Part shown: piece after piece, positions 11,199-21,303 of the stretch | Numbering within the stretch: position 1 is the first letter of the stretch | Layout: every line of letters starts with the position of its first letter | From: Escherichia coli | GTDB lineage: Bacteria > Pseudomonadota > Gammaproteobacteria > Enterobacterales > Enterobacteriaceae | Length of the DNA stretch: 64,000 bases | Reading direction: 5' to 3' (one strand) | Assembly: GCF_024502345.1 (NCBI RefSeq) | Contig: NZ_JALDNN010000001.1 | Notes under the pieces: model-generated | What the model was told of the DNA's origin: nothing | Databases searched by the model: none | Seen by the model: only the letters and a program-made list of their open reading frames with translations | Translations under genes and position numbers: made by a program

Positions 11199-11215
11199 TT
11201 AGTTCATGCCGTATT
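11199..11215. repeat. Left copy of 17-bp direct repeat TTAGTTCATGCCGTATT (duplicate of fis 3' terminus; att-like)
   Basis: Exact 17/17 identity with 13069-13085, which is the true 3' end of fis including its stop codon. Confidence 0.9.
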
Positions 11216-11382
11216 GTAAAATACAGAGTCATTATACGTAATTTATTATCACTCTAGATAATTTGTATTCATCATAAATAATTGATGCGGAAAGAGATAT
11301 TTATTTTTTATTGGCTCGCATTGTATCATCAGTTATCAGTTACTCCCTGCATACAGTTGTCAAAAAGGTTGTCATTAACTCT

Positions 11383-11481
11383 ATGGCCGAAAATAAACTC
11401 TCAGATGTTCAATTGCGTGCGTTAACCCGCAAAGTCATCGAAAAACCTTTTGATGTTGCTGACGGTGGCCAAGTTGGGTGA
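11383..11481 (+). pseudogene. Putative integrase N-terminal (arm-binding domain) remnant, 32 codons then stop
   Basis: MAENKLSDVQLRALTRKVIEKPFDVADGGQVG* resembles the KLTD..R..KP....DGGG N-terminal motif of tyrosine integrases; followed by a hairpin plus T7 run at about 11570-11600. Confidence 0.35.
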
Positions 11482-11610
11482 AAACCTGCTATGCAGCTAC
11501 CGCATAAGGGTAGTGGATTCCGCTGAAATCTTGCCGTTCATCCGATCATAACATCACAACAGTTGTTGCCCATTACCCTGGCGAATGCCGGGGCTTTTTT
11601 TATTTTCAAA

Positions 11611-11923
11611 GTGACGCCTAGGTGTCATTAATTTATAAGGTGTCATGGTAGGTGTCATTGTTCTCAAGCCATAACCCGCAAGGGTTGCGACATTACTAAT
11701 GACACCTATGACACCTATGACAGCATTTTTAAAGAAAATAACGACCACTGTAATAATGTAACAGTGGTCGTTATACTTTATAGAAATGGGTGTCATGGTG
11801 TCACAGGTGTCATTCATTACAGTATCTTGTTTGTATTTTTCTTTAATAATCAGCGTGTTTCCCGCTATGACACCTAATGACACCTTTCCAACATAACGCC
11901 GTCATGGTGACATTAGGTGTCAT
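11611..11923. repeat. Iteron-like array: at least 11 copies of the 9-mer AGGTGTCAT / ATGACACCT in both orientations
   Basis: Forward copies at 11620, 11638, 11650, 11789, 11797 (variant), 11805, 11915; reverse copies at 11699, 11708, 11867, 11877; arranged as two similar modules (three forward then two reverse) about 169 bp apart. Confidence 0.8.
11739..11773. repeat. Perfect hairpin/palindrome with 13-bp arms (TAACGACCACTGT / ACAGTGGTCGTTA) and 9-nt AT-rich loop, central to the 9-mer array
   Basis: Read directly from sequence. Confidence 0.8.
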
Positions 11924-12274
11924 CGCCATCTGCTGCCAAAAAAGTCAAGGTACTTCCGAGGGGGGTACAGCCTGCGGGGGCATTGGTCCCGCGTAATTCG
12001 CGTTGTGCGTGCCCCTACAAAACTCACTTTATGATTACGTCAAGTAAATCAATCATTTATGTGAATCCTATCAAAGCACTGGCACCATACGTGCGCGATT
12101 GCAAAATAAAGCGAACACGTTTTACACACGCTGAATTGTAAAGATGTGTAAATATCGATTACGCCGGATTATGCCGGGTTATTTGCAAGTATTCAGGGTT
12201 ATAAGTTACTGATTTTACATTAAAAAGCTCACATTGTGGCTATTGTGTTCGGTCTGGTTACTGTATATCTTTAA

Positions 12275-12991
12275 GTCATTCCAGGCGATTTAGCTGGCCT
12301 GGCGCTGGCAGGTTATCAGATTTACCGCCATTGGGCTGGTGTGAAGGCTTTCTTTGGCGGAGTGGGTGAAGGCATCAAATCCGGGCTGGAACCGCTTAGC
12401 GACGCTCTGAGCCGCCTTTATGAACGCATGGGGCCGCTGAAACCTGTCATTGATGGTGTGGGTGCTGCGGTTAAGACGGTTTTCAACTGGTTCACGTCAT
12501 TGACCGAGCCGGTCAAGTACAGTGGCGAGGAACTGGATAAGGCCGGTAAAATGGGGATGACGTTCGGTAAGACCCTGGCGGCTGGCATCGAGCTTGTGAC
12601 CGCACCGATCACGTTCCTGATTGATAAGATTCTGTGGGTGTCTGACAACATCGGCAACCTGACCAACAAGGCACTGGAGTTTAAAAACGCCGTGTCTGAT
12701 GTTGCTGGTGGTGCGTGGCAGAAAACCAAAGATTTCTTTACCGCACCATTCCGCGACGATGTACAGCAGCCAGCAGCAACCACTGCCTCTGGTGCTGCCC
12801 TGCCGTCACCTGCACTGGCCAACCGCTCTGGTGGCACTACGGTGCATAGCAACGACCAGTACCACATCAGCGTGAAGGCAGAACCTGGTATGAATGAAGA
12901 TGCATTAGCCCGGAAGGTGATACAGCAACTACGACAGCAACAAGCAGTAAGGCAGCGAAGCATGATGATAGATGGCGCGCAAACACCATAA
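12275..12991 (+). pseudogene. 5'-truncated phage tail tape-measure-like protein, C-terminal fragment
   Basis: Open frame from 12275 (stop at 12272 upstream) encodes ...LAGLALAGYQIYRHWAGVKAFFGGVGEGIKSGLEPLSDALSRLYERMGPLKPVIDGVGAAVKTVFNWF...VHSNDQYHISVKAEPGMNEDALARKVIQQLRQQQ; Gly/Ala-rich segments and C-terminal tail typical of tape-measure proteins; no plausible start or RBS for a full gene. Confidence 0.4.
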
Positions 12992-13068
12992 GGGTTGTCA
13001 GTACGGTTGCAACAAAAAGTAAAGGGACTGAAATAGCCCCTTTAATTTCATGCCGTTACAGCTTGACT

Positions 13069-13085
13069 TTAGTTCATGCCGTATT
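13069..13085. repeat. Right copy of 17-bp direct repeat TTAGTTCATGCCGTATT (native fis 3' end)
   Basis: Encodes the last codons ...YGMN* of fis on the minus strand. Confidence 0.9.
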
Positions 13086-13365
13086 TTTTCAATTTTTTAC
13101 GCAGCGTACCACGGTTGATGCCCATCATCAGCGCAGCACGGGTCTGGTTACCACGGGTGTATTGCATCACCATGTCCAACAGGGGCTGTTCTACTTCAGC
13201 CAGTACCAGCTCATAGAGGTCATTCACATCCTGACCATTCAGTTGAGCAAAATAGTTCTTCAGTGCCTGTTTAACCGAGTCACGCAGGGGTTTTTGGGTT
13301 ACCTGATCCTGAGAGTTAACGGTAGAAACGGTCAGTACGTCAGAATTTACGCGTTGTTCGAACAT
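13069..13365 (-). CDS. fis: Nucleoid-associated protein Fis
   Basis: 98-aa [101 protein letters not shown], recognised as Fis. Confidence 0.97.
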
Positions 13366-13390
13366 AGTTCTGTCAGCTCTTTATTTCTGT

Positions 13391-14356
13391 TTACGCAAAA
13401 TTTTCGAAGTATGCCTCCAACGCCTCCAGCTGTTCGCTGGCATCCTCAATGGCGTTGAATGTGCGCCGAAACTGGTCATTGGGAGCGTGTTCCTGGAGAT
13501 ACCAGGAAACGTGTTTACGTGCAATTCGGTACCCTTTTGCCGGACCATAAAAGTCATGCAGTTCCCGAACGTGCGCGCAAAGCAAGCGCTTAACCTCTGC
13601 CAAAGGCAGCGGGGGCAGCAACTCCCCAGTGTCCAGATAATGCTGGATTTCCCGAAAGATCCAGGGTCTTCCCTGAGCTGCGCGGCCTATCATCAGGGCA
13701 TCCGCCCCTGTATAGTCGAGCACAGCTCTGGCTTTAAGCGGGTCAGTAATGTCGCCATTCGCGATAACCGGAATGGAAACTTTCTGCTTAACTGCCTGAA
13801 TACTGTCGTACTCAGCTTCTCCATTGAACAAACAGGCGCGTGTACGGCCATGAATGGTCAGAGCCTGAATGCCACAGTCTTCAGCCAGTTGGGCAATCTC
13901 TTCGCAGTTACGGTGTTCCGGCGCCCAGCCAGTGCGAATCTTCAGGGTAACAGGAACGTCCACTGCATTGACGACCTCGGTAAGGATCGATTTAACGACT
14001 TCCGGGTACTGCAAGAGGGCTGAACCTGCGAGCTTGCGATTCACTTTTTTAGCCGGGCAACCCATATTGATATCAATAATCTGGGCACCGCTTTCCACGT
14101 TAATACGTGCTGCATCTGCCATTTCTTTCGGATCGCTACCGGCAATTTGCACGGTGCGAATACCGGGTTCATCAATGTGCACCATCCGTAAACGAGATTT
14201 ATCGCTTTCCCAAACTTGTGGGTTAGAAGACATCATCTCGGATACTGTCAATCCGGCTCCCATCTCGTAGCACAACGTCCGAAAAGGTCTGTCTGTAATG
14301 CCAGCCATGGGCGCTGCGATCAGGCGATTTCTGAGCTGATATTGTCCGATGCGCAT
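13391..14356 (-). CDS. dusB: tRNA-dihydrouridine synthase B
   Basis: 321-aa ORF immediately upstream of fis (dusB-fis operon); TIM-barrel flavoprotein sequence. Confidence 0.93.
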   Translation of the reverse strand: MRIGQYQLRNRLIAAPMAGITDRPFRTLCYEMGAGLTVSEMMSSNPQVWESDKSRLRMVHIDEPGIRTVQIAGSDPKEMADAARINVESGAQIIDINMGCPAKKVNRKLAGSALLQYPEVVKSILTEVVNAVDVPVTLKIRTGWAPEHRNCEEIAQLAEDCGIQALTIHGRTRACLFNGEAEYDSIQAVKQKVSIPVIANGDITDPLKARAVLDYTGADALMIGRAAQGRPWIFREIQHYLDTGELLPPLPLAEVKRLLCAHVRELHDFYGPAKGYRIARKHVSWYLQEHAPNDQFRRTFNAIEDASEQLEALEAYFENFA

Positions 14357-14684
14357 GTGTTAAGAAATGACCATACTGTGACTGCAAGGCGGCGTATATT
14401 ACGCATTTTTCGCACGAGATGAAAGGCCAAACTTTGACCAATCCTCTGAGATGGATCAAAGAATTGCATTTAAAATGAGCGTAGCGCGATAATTACTCAT
14501 AAAAATCATCATATTAGAAAATAGTGACTAAAATTCACACTCAAAGAAATTTGAGTAAGTTCTCAATTTTTCTTTATGAATGAAAATTTTGGCACGCAAA
14601 TTTGCGTAAATAATCAGCAAGTTTGCGTGCCTTTTGTGACGTCGCTCGCATTTTGTTGGCTGATGCGAACTTACCTGAAGATGA

Positions 14685-15566
14685 TTAATTCTTACGACCA
14701 GTAATGCGGCACCACTCTTCTTTTTCCACGACCGGGTCCAGAGCGAAGCTGTCGGCATAGGCTTCGCAAACGCTCTCCGCCTGGCTTGCCAGAATACCAG
14801 AAAGGCCCAGTAAGCCGCCTGAAACTGGCAGGACGCTAATTAACGGTGCCAGTTCACGTAACGGGCCTGCGAGGATGTTAGCGACCACCACGTCGGCTTT
14901 CATCGCTTCTGGCTGATCTTTCGGTAAGTAGAGTTCCAGACGCTCAGAAACACCATTACGTTCGGCGTTGTCGCGGCTGGCCTGAATCGCCTGCGGATCG
15001 ATATCAATACCAATGGCTTTTGCTGCACCAAGCTTCAGCGCTGCGATAGCCAGAATGCCGGAACCGCAGCCAAAGTCGATCACCGTTTTACCGGTTAAAT
15101 CGAGGCTGTCGAGCCATTGCAGGCACAAAGATGTGGTTGGATGGGTACCCGTACCAAACGCCAGCCCTGGGTCTAACATCACGTTGACGGCGTTTTCGTC
15201 CGGCACATCACGCCAGCTTGGGCAGATCCACAGTCGTTCACCAAAGCGCATCGGGTGGAAATTATCCATCCATTCGCGCTCCCAGTCTTTATCTTCCAGT
15301 TGTTCGATTTTATGCGCGAAGCCCGCACCGAGCAGCGGATGGTTTTCCAGAATCGCCACCACGTCGTTCATGTCGGTTTCAGCGTCGAACAGACCAATCA
15401 CATCGGTGTCGCCCCACAGGCGCGTTTCGCCCGGCAGCGGCTCAAATACTGGCGTATCGTGGGTATCCTGAAAAGTGATAGAAACGGCACCCGCTTCCAT
15501 CAGCGCATCGCTAAGATCTTCCGCGTTCGCGCCGGTGGTGTTCAGTTTCAGTTGGATCCAAGGCAT
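14685..15566 (-). CDS. prmA: Ribosomal protein L11 methyltransferase
   Basis: 293-aa ORF with SAM-binding motif [13 protein letters not shown]. Confidence 0.93.
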   Translation of the reverse strand: MPWIQLKLNTTGANAEDLSDALMEAGAVSITFQDTHDTPVFEPLPGETRLWGDTDVIGLFDAETDMNDVVAILENHPLLGAGFAHKIEQLEDKDWEREWMDNFHPMRFGERLWICPSWRDVPDENAVNVMLDPGLAFGTGTHPTTSLCLQWLDSLDLTGKTVIDFGCGSGILAIAALKLGAAKAIGIDIDPQAIQASRDNAERNGVSERLELYLPKDQPEAMKADVVVANILAGPLRELAPLISVLPVSGGLLGLSGILASQAESVCEAYADSFALDPVVEKEEWCRITGRKN

Positions 15567-15577
15567 GGCAAAACTCT

Positions 15578-17029
15578 TTATTTATCAGTAGTCAAAACGG
15601 TAGCTTGCGGGACGGATGTACCGAAACGGTTTCCGACCAGGAAAGCCAGCAAACTTAGTAGTAACGAGGGCACGATAGGGTGGAAGCCCAGGTACTGAAT
15701 ATTCAGCGTCGCGAGTACGGCATACAGCACGCCGCCAACGATCATCGCACTTAGCGCGCCTTTGGCGTTGGCGCGTTCCCAGTAAAGACCCAGCACCAGC
15801 GGCCACAGGAAAACGGCTTCCAGCCCACCGAAGGCCAGCAAATTCAGCCAGATGATCATTTCTGGCGGCTTCCAGGCGGCAAGCAGCAGCAACGCGCCGA
15901 GAACTAACGTAATTACCGCCGACATCCGCTTCAGACGCGTCTCGTTTTGCATTTGATCCGGACGGATATTCAGATAGAGATCTTTAATGATCGTAGCGGA
16001 ACTTTGTAGCAATTGGGCGTTAATTGTCGACATGATCGCAGCCATAGGTGCAGCCAGAAAGATCCCGGCAGCAAACGGTGGCAGCACTTTTACCATTAAC
16101 GTCGGGATCACCAGATCCGGTACGGTGAGATCGGGGATCACTGCACGACCTAAGGCTCCGGCCAGGTGCATACCGAACATCAGGATTGCGACTACAATCG
16201 TACCGATGATGATCCCCCGGTGTACTGCTTTGCTGTCTTTATAAGAGATACAGCGCACCGCAGTATGCGGCAGGCCTATAACGCCAAAGCACACCAGTAC
16301 CCAGAACGACGTCATAAAGGCAGGCGACAGAATATCGTCAGCGCCTTGTGGCGTAACCAGTTGCGGATCGATGGTTTGCAAGGTCTGTACTGCGTTGCTT
16401 AAGCCGCCAGCGGCATGTACCACGCCAATAAGCAGCACAACGGTGCCAATCAGCATCACAAGCCCTTGCATGGTGTCGTTCAGCACGCTGGCGCGAAAGC
16501 CACCAAAGGCGGTATACAACGCAATGCTGATACCGAAAATCAGCAGCCCGGTTTCATAAGGAATACCCGCCGCGGTTTCCAGCAGGCGCGCGCCGCCGAT
16601 AAACTGCACGGTCATCGCGCCAATAAACGCGACCAGCAAACTCAAACTCGCCAGCCACACCAAAAGACGACTCTGATAGCGGGCAAACAGCATATCGTTC
16701 AGCGTCACTGCATTGTAGCGGCGCGCAAGAATCGCAAACTTCTTGCCGAGAATACCGAGTGAAAGCCAGACTGCAGGAAGCTGAATCATCGCCAGCAATA
16801 CCCAGCCAAGGCCGTATTTGTAAGCAGCTCCAGGCCCGCCGATAAACGAACTGGCACTGATATAAGTCGCGGTGAGCGTCATCGCCAGCACAATACCGCC
16901 CATAGAGCGGCTGCCGAGGAAATACTCATTAAGGAAGGTGCCGGTGCTCCGTTTACGCATCGCATAAACAGAGATACCGAACACCACCACCAGATAGGCG
17001 ACCAGCGGTAGAATTACTTCAAGCTGCAT
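15578..17029 (-). CDS. panF: Sodium/pantothenate symporter
   Basis: ORF with SSS-family membrane topology; likely start [15 protein letters not shown]; overlaps yhdT end as in K-12. Confidence 0.93.
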   Translation of the reverse strand: MQLEVILPLVAYLVVVFGISVYAMRKRSTGTFLNEYFLGSRSMGGIVLAMTLTATYISASSFIGGPGAAYKYGLGWVLLAMIQLPAVWLSLGILGKKFAILARRYNAVTLNDMLFARYQSRLLVWLASLSLLVAFIGAMTVQFIGGARLLETAAGIPYETGLLIFGISIALYTAFGGFRASVLNDTMQGLVMLIGTVVLLIGVVHAAGGLSNAVQTLQTIDPQLVTPQGADDILSPAFMTSFWVLVCFGVIGLPHTAVRCISYKDSKAVHRGIIIGTIVVAILMFGMHLAGALGRAVIPDLTVPDLVIPTLMVKVLPPFAAGIFLAAPMAAIMSTINAQLLQSSATIIKDLYLNIRPDQMQNETRLKRMSAVITLVLGALLLLAAWKPPEMIIWLNLLAFGGLEAVFLWPLVLGLYWERANAKGALSAMIVGGVLYAVLATLNIQYLGFHPIVPSLLLSLLAFLVGNRFGTSVPQATVLTTDK

Positions 17030-17261
17030 CGTCATCCTCCAGTGGGATATCGCGATAGATAAATTTCACCATCGCCCAGCACAGTCCAATAAACAGCAGC
17101 GGCGTCAGGATGCAGGCCATCTCAAACCAGCGCGGAAAGCCGGTAAAACCGGGGGCAACGCCAGGTAAGTAAGCGGCTACTAACCATACCGCCAGATACA
17201 AAAGGGTCAGCCCCAGCGCCCAGCGCGCCTCTTTATGGGCCTGAACAAAACGAGTGTCCAT
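17019..17261 (-). CDS. yhdT: Small membrane protein YhdT (DUF997)
   Basis: 80-aa ORF overlapping panF start. Confidence 0.8.
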   Translation of the reverse strand: MDTRFVQAHKEARWALGLTLLYLAVWLVAAYLPGVAPGFTGFPRWFEMACILTPLLFIGLCWAMVKFIYRDIPLEDDDAA

Positions 17262-17326
17262 TTTTTGTCCCTGATGGGTGAAGAAAGCGAGGATTGTACC
17301 TTATGGGGGTTGTCGATCCCCAGTAA

Positions 17327-17354
17327 TAAAAAAGGCCGGAAAATCCGGCCTTTT
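17327..17354 (-). terminator. Rho-independent terminator after accC
   Basis: aaaaaaggccggaaaatccggcctttt hairpin with flanking A/T runs. Confidence 0.6.
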
Positions 17355-17369
17355 GACGCTTTTGCAGTC

Positions 17370-18719
17370 TTATTTTTCCTGAAGACCGAGTTTTTTCTCC
17401 AGATAGTGGATGTTAGTGCCACCATGCTGGAAGTTCTCGTCATTCATGATGCGGATCTGCAGATCAACGTTGGTTTTGATACCGTCGATGATCAGCTCCT
17501 GCAGCGCATTCTTCATGCGGGCAATCGCCACGTCACGGTTTTCACCGTAGCAAATCAGCTTACCGATCATTGAGTCATAGTACGGCGGCACGGTGTAGCC
17601 CGCGTAGATATGAGACTCCCAACGCACGCCAAAACCGCCAGGTGCGTGGAAACGGGTGATTTTGCCCGGGCTTGGCAGGAAGGTGTTCGGATCTTCGGCG
17701 TTGATACGACATTCCACCGCATGGCCGCGAACGTGAACTTCTTCTTGCTTGATCGACAGCGGTTGACCGGCAGCGATACGCAGCTGTTCTTTGATCAGGT
17801 CAACGCCGGTGATCATTTCTGTAACCGGGTGTTCTACCTGAATACGGGTGTTCATTTCGATGAAATAGAACTCGCCGTTTTCGAACAGGAACTCGAAAGT
17901 ACCTGCACCGCGATAGCCGATATCAACACACGCTTTAGCGCAACGTTCGCCGATGTAGCGACGCAGTTCCGGGGTAATGCCCGGTGCTGGTGCTTCTTCG
18001 ACCACTTTCTGGTGGCGGCGCTGCATGGAGCAGTCACGTTCCGCCAGATAGATAGCGTTGCCCTGACCGTCAGCCAGTACCTGAATCTCGACGTGGCGAG
18101 GATTTTCCAGGTATTTCTCCATGTAAACCATATCGTTGCTGAAAGCAGCTTTCGCTTCCGCACGGGTCATGGAGATGGATTGTGCCAGTTCAGCGTCGCC
18201 GCGCACTACGCGCATACCGCGACCACCGCCGCCGCCGGAGGCTTTGATAATCACCGGATAACCAATGCGTTTAGCAATGGCACGGTTTTTATCCATATCG
18301 TCGCCCAGCGGGCCGTCAGAACCCGGTACGCAAGGGACGCCCGCTTTTTTCATCGCCGCGATTGCGGATACTTTGTCGCCCATCAGGCGAATGGTTTCTG
18401 CTTTCGGGCCAATGAAGATAAAGCCGGAGCGTTCAACCTGCTCGGCAAAGTTGGCGTTCTCGGAGAGGAAGCCGTAACCCGGATGGATTGCTACTGCGCC
18501 GGTGATTTCAGCGGCGCTGATGATTGCCGGGATGTTCAGATAACTTTTTACTGACGGAGCAGGGCCAATACAGACCGTTTCATCTGCCAGTAATACGTGT
18601 TTTAGATCGCGATCCGCGCTGGAGTGCACAGCGACAGTCTTGATGCCCAGTTCTTTACAGGCACGAAGAATACGCAATGCAATCTCGCCGCGGTTGGCAA
18701 TAACAATTTTATCCAGCAT
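17370..18719 (-). CDS. accC: Biotin carboxylase subunit of acetyl-CoA carboxylase
   Basis: ORF with [33 protein letters not shown]...; true start at internal Met (track ORF extended 13 codons upstream). Confidence 0.97.
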
Positions 18720-18729
18720 GTTCGCCTCG

Positions 18730-19200
18730 TTACTCGATGACGACCAGCGGCTCGTCAAATTCTACCGGTTGTCCACTTTCGACCAGAATTGCTTTCACGG
18801 TACCGGATTTGTCCGCTTCGATCTGGTTCATCATTTTCATGGCTTCAACGATGCACAGGGTATCGCCCACGTTGACTTTCTGACCCACTTCGATGAACGC
18901 TTTTGCGTCCGGGCTTGGGGTGCGGTAGAAAGTACCAACCATCGGGGAACGTACGATGTGACCACTGATTTCCGCTGCTGCTGGCGCTTCCATGGAAGGA
19001 ACGGTCGCCGGAGCGGCTGCGTTAGATTGAGCTGGCTGCTGCATCATTGGTGCAGCGTAAGCTTGTTGCATCACAGGGAAACTTGCGGCAGGAGCTGCAC
19101 GGCTAATGCGTACTGACTCTTCGCCTTCGGAGATTTCCAGTTCGGAGATGCCTGATTCTTCAACCAGCTCGATCAGTTTTTTAATCTTACGAATATCCAT
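18730..19200 (-). CDS. accB: Biotin carboxyl carrier protein
   Basis: 156-aa ORF ending with biotinylation motif ...[41 protein letters not shown]. Confidence 0.97.
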
Positions 19201-20177
19201 GAGTGGGTTCCGTACTCTTTGTTTAGTGTGATTGTGACAGGCGTTTCACCGCCGTCTGTAAAGCGTATGCCCCGACAGCTGTATGCATAGCGATAAATTC
19301 CAGCAGGCCGGGACGCCGGTCTATTTTGCCCCAGAGTGTCAATGTTAGACTTGACGGACATTGTGCAGCGATCTGCTGCTATCCTCCGGCAAAAAACAAA
19401 ATATACCTTCGTTGCGCCAATGTCACCTTTTCCGCAGCGCAAAAACTGCGTCAGGGAGGACGAGGTCGCACATTATAACGATTTCGTAGCAATTGGCAGC
19501 TAAATACTGGTCTTATCAGGGAAGATAATCAACAGCTAACATGTAAATAACCTTCAACACCGTGTAATTTGCAACAAGCCGCACAATTCACGAAATTAGC
19601 GCCATCATCGACGGAACTTCTTATAACGTAAGGTGAAAAGCTGTAAAGCCAGCCCTGCGAAGATGAGGGGCTGCAATGAGATAATCTTCACAGACCACAA
19701 ATAATGTAGGGATGCCAGGATCGCGACAAGATAGACGACATTACGCAGCGGTTGCTGGGGATTACCCAATTTTCACTGCATCGTCTGGATAGATGTGAAT
19801 GCTAAAGCACGCAAAATTAACCGACTGACAATGCACAGCATTAAATACGTCCGAGTGATTAATTTGTAGTCAAATAAAATCAGATTATTCACCTCATGGT
19901 ACCAGAAATAAGTAAGGGGTTAAGCGTAGCGTCGCCCAGGCAAAGCACCATAAACCTAACAGGCGACGGAGGCGTATCAATAATAGCTGTTTAGTGGAGT
20001 ATCAATGCGCATCAATTTATGGTCAGTCGAAATCATGACTTTCCAGTTTGGATTATGTTGTACAACTTCCTGACCAAGGTGTTCGACGAAAGCTGTCCGG
20101 CTAACCGCTTTTCCCGTTAACCGATTGAATAATGATTTCAAAATGAGTTCCCTCTCTTATTATTCCTTGCTAAATGG

Positions 20178-21152
20178 TTAGTTAACCTTCACCAGCGTGC
20201 GACCCTGGGTCTGGTTATTAATGATGGCCTCGGCAAAGTTCGGTGCCTCTGACAGAGATATCTCTTTTGCCGCCTGGGTATAGAATGATTCCGGTAAATC
20301 GGCGACCAGTCGCTGCCAGGCTTGTGCGCGGCGTTCTGGTGGCGTCATTACTGAATCCACCCCTTGCAAACGGACATTACGCAGAATAAATGGCATGACC
20401 GTGGTTGGCAGAGTAAAACCACCCGCCAGACCACAGGCCGCCACGCAGCCGCCGTAATTCATTTGCGCCAGCACTTTTGCCAGCACTTTGTCGCCAACAG
20501 TGTCAATTGCCCCAGCCCAGACTTGTTTTTCCAGAGGACGGGATTCGGCAAACTCATCACGAGGGAGAATACGGCTGGCACCTAAACTTTTCAGATATTC
20601 ATGGGTACTTTCGCGACCGGAAACGGCAACGACCTGATAACCCAACTTATGCAGCAGCGCCACGGCGGTACTGCCGACGCCACCACTGGCACCCGTCACG
20701 ACAATCTCCCCGTCCTGCGGGCGAACACCGGCATCTTCCAGCGCCATTACACACAGCATGGCGGTAAAACCGGCAGTACCGATAATCATTGCTTTACGCG
20801 CGTCCAGCCCTTGCGGCATGGCAACCAGCCAGTCACCTTTCACTCGCGCCTGCTCCGCCAGCCCACCCCAGTGGTTTTCACCAACGCCCCAGCCAGTGAG
20901 TAACACCTCCTGACCGGCATGAAAACGCGGATCTTCGCTGGTGCGTACAGTTCCGGCAAAATCGATCCCAGGAATCATCGGAAAATTACGGATGATTTTT
21001 CCCTTACCGGTAATCGCCAGCGCATCTTTATAGTTCAGGCTCGACCAGTGAACATCGACCGTGACATCGCCCTCCGGCAGGCGACTTTCGTCCAGAGTCT
21101 GTACTGATGCGAGAGTTTTGCCGTCCTGCTGTTCTAAAAGTAACGCCTGCAT
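20178..21152 (-). CDS. acuI: Acrylyl-CoA reductase AcuI (YhdH), MDR-family oxidoreductase
   Basis: 324-aa ORF, zinc-independent MDR/quinone-oxidoreductase-like. Confidence 0.9.
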   Translation of the reverse strand: MQALLLEQQDGKTLASVQTLDESRLPEGDVTVDVHWSSLNYKDALAITGKGKIIRNFPMIPGIDFAGTVRTSEDPRFHAGQEVLLTGWGVGENHWGGLAEQARVKGDWLVAMPQGLDARKAMIIGTAGFTAMLCVMALEDAGVRPQDGEIVVTGASGGVGSTAVALLHKLGYQVVAVSGRESTHEYLKSLGASRILPRDEFAESRPLEKQVWAGAIDTVGDKVLAKVLAQMNYGGCVAACGLAGGFTLPTTVMPFILRNVRLQGVDSVMTPPERRAQAWQRLVADLPESFYTQAAKEISLSEAPNFAEAIINNQTQGRTLVKVN

Positions 21153-21303
21153 AAGTGGTCCTCATGTGCATGATGGATTGGAAAATAATTTCTGAAGACT
21201 ATACTCGCTAATGGAAAAGCAAAGCCGATGAAGCGCAATAAATTGCGAGATAAATCTGATTTGCTAGTATGCCCGCTTCCTCACTATCGGAGTTAACACA
21301 AGG

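Larger units (their letters stand above)
11216..13068. mobile_element. Cryptic, degraded integrative element (prophage/satellite remnant) inserted at the 3' end of fis
   Basis: 1853 bp bounded by a perfect 17-bp direct repeat of the fis terminus; K-12 has only ~85 bp between fis and yhdJ (from memory); contains integrase-like N-terminal remnant, iteron-like repeat array and tape-measure-like gene fragment; AT-rich left half. Confidence 0.6.

Noticed and set aside
11554-11883. 109-aa minus-strand ORF and 74-aa plus-strand ORF (11917-12141) from the ORF track
   Set aside because: Both lie across the AT-rich repeat array and hairpin; their peptides are low-complexity and repeat-derived (MTP repeats). 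Most likely artefacts of the repeat DNA, not genes.
11611-11923. Possible CRISPR array, given the many short repeats
   Set aside because: The repeats are only 8-9 bp, occur in both orientations with irregular spacing and have no uniform spacers or nearby cas genes; the pattern fits iterons or operators, not CRISPR.
12418-12963. 181-aa ORF antisense to the tape-measure-like fragment
   Set aside because: Antisense to a GC-rich Gly/Ala-coding region, Cys/Ser/Arg-rich with no recognisable domain; a typical shadow ORF.
17370-18758. Upstream in-frame extensions in the ORF track for accC (also mreB, mdh, rplM, degQ, nanT, nanE, nanK, rng, yhcN, gltB)
   Set aside because: The extensions precede the conserved N-termini of these well-known proteins; the internal Met matches the canonical start, so the longer ORFs are read-through artefacts, not novel N-terminal domains.
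19201-20177. Roughly 1-kb non-coding gap between accB and acuI with only a short possible minus-strand sORF (about 20040-20160)
   Set aside because: The accBC operon is known to have a long upstream leader and promoter region; the putative sORF lacks an ATG start and a clear RBS; no repeats or mobile-element signatures seen.
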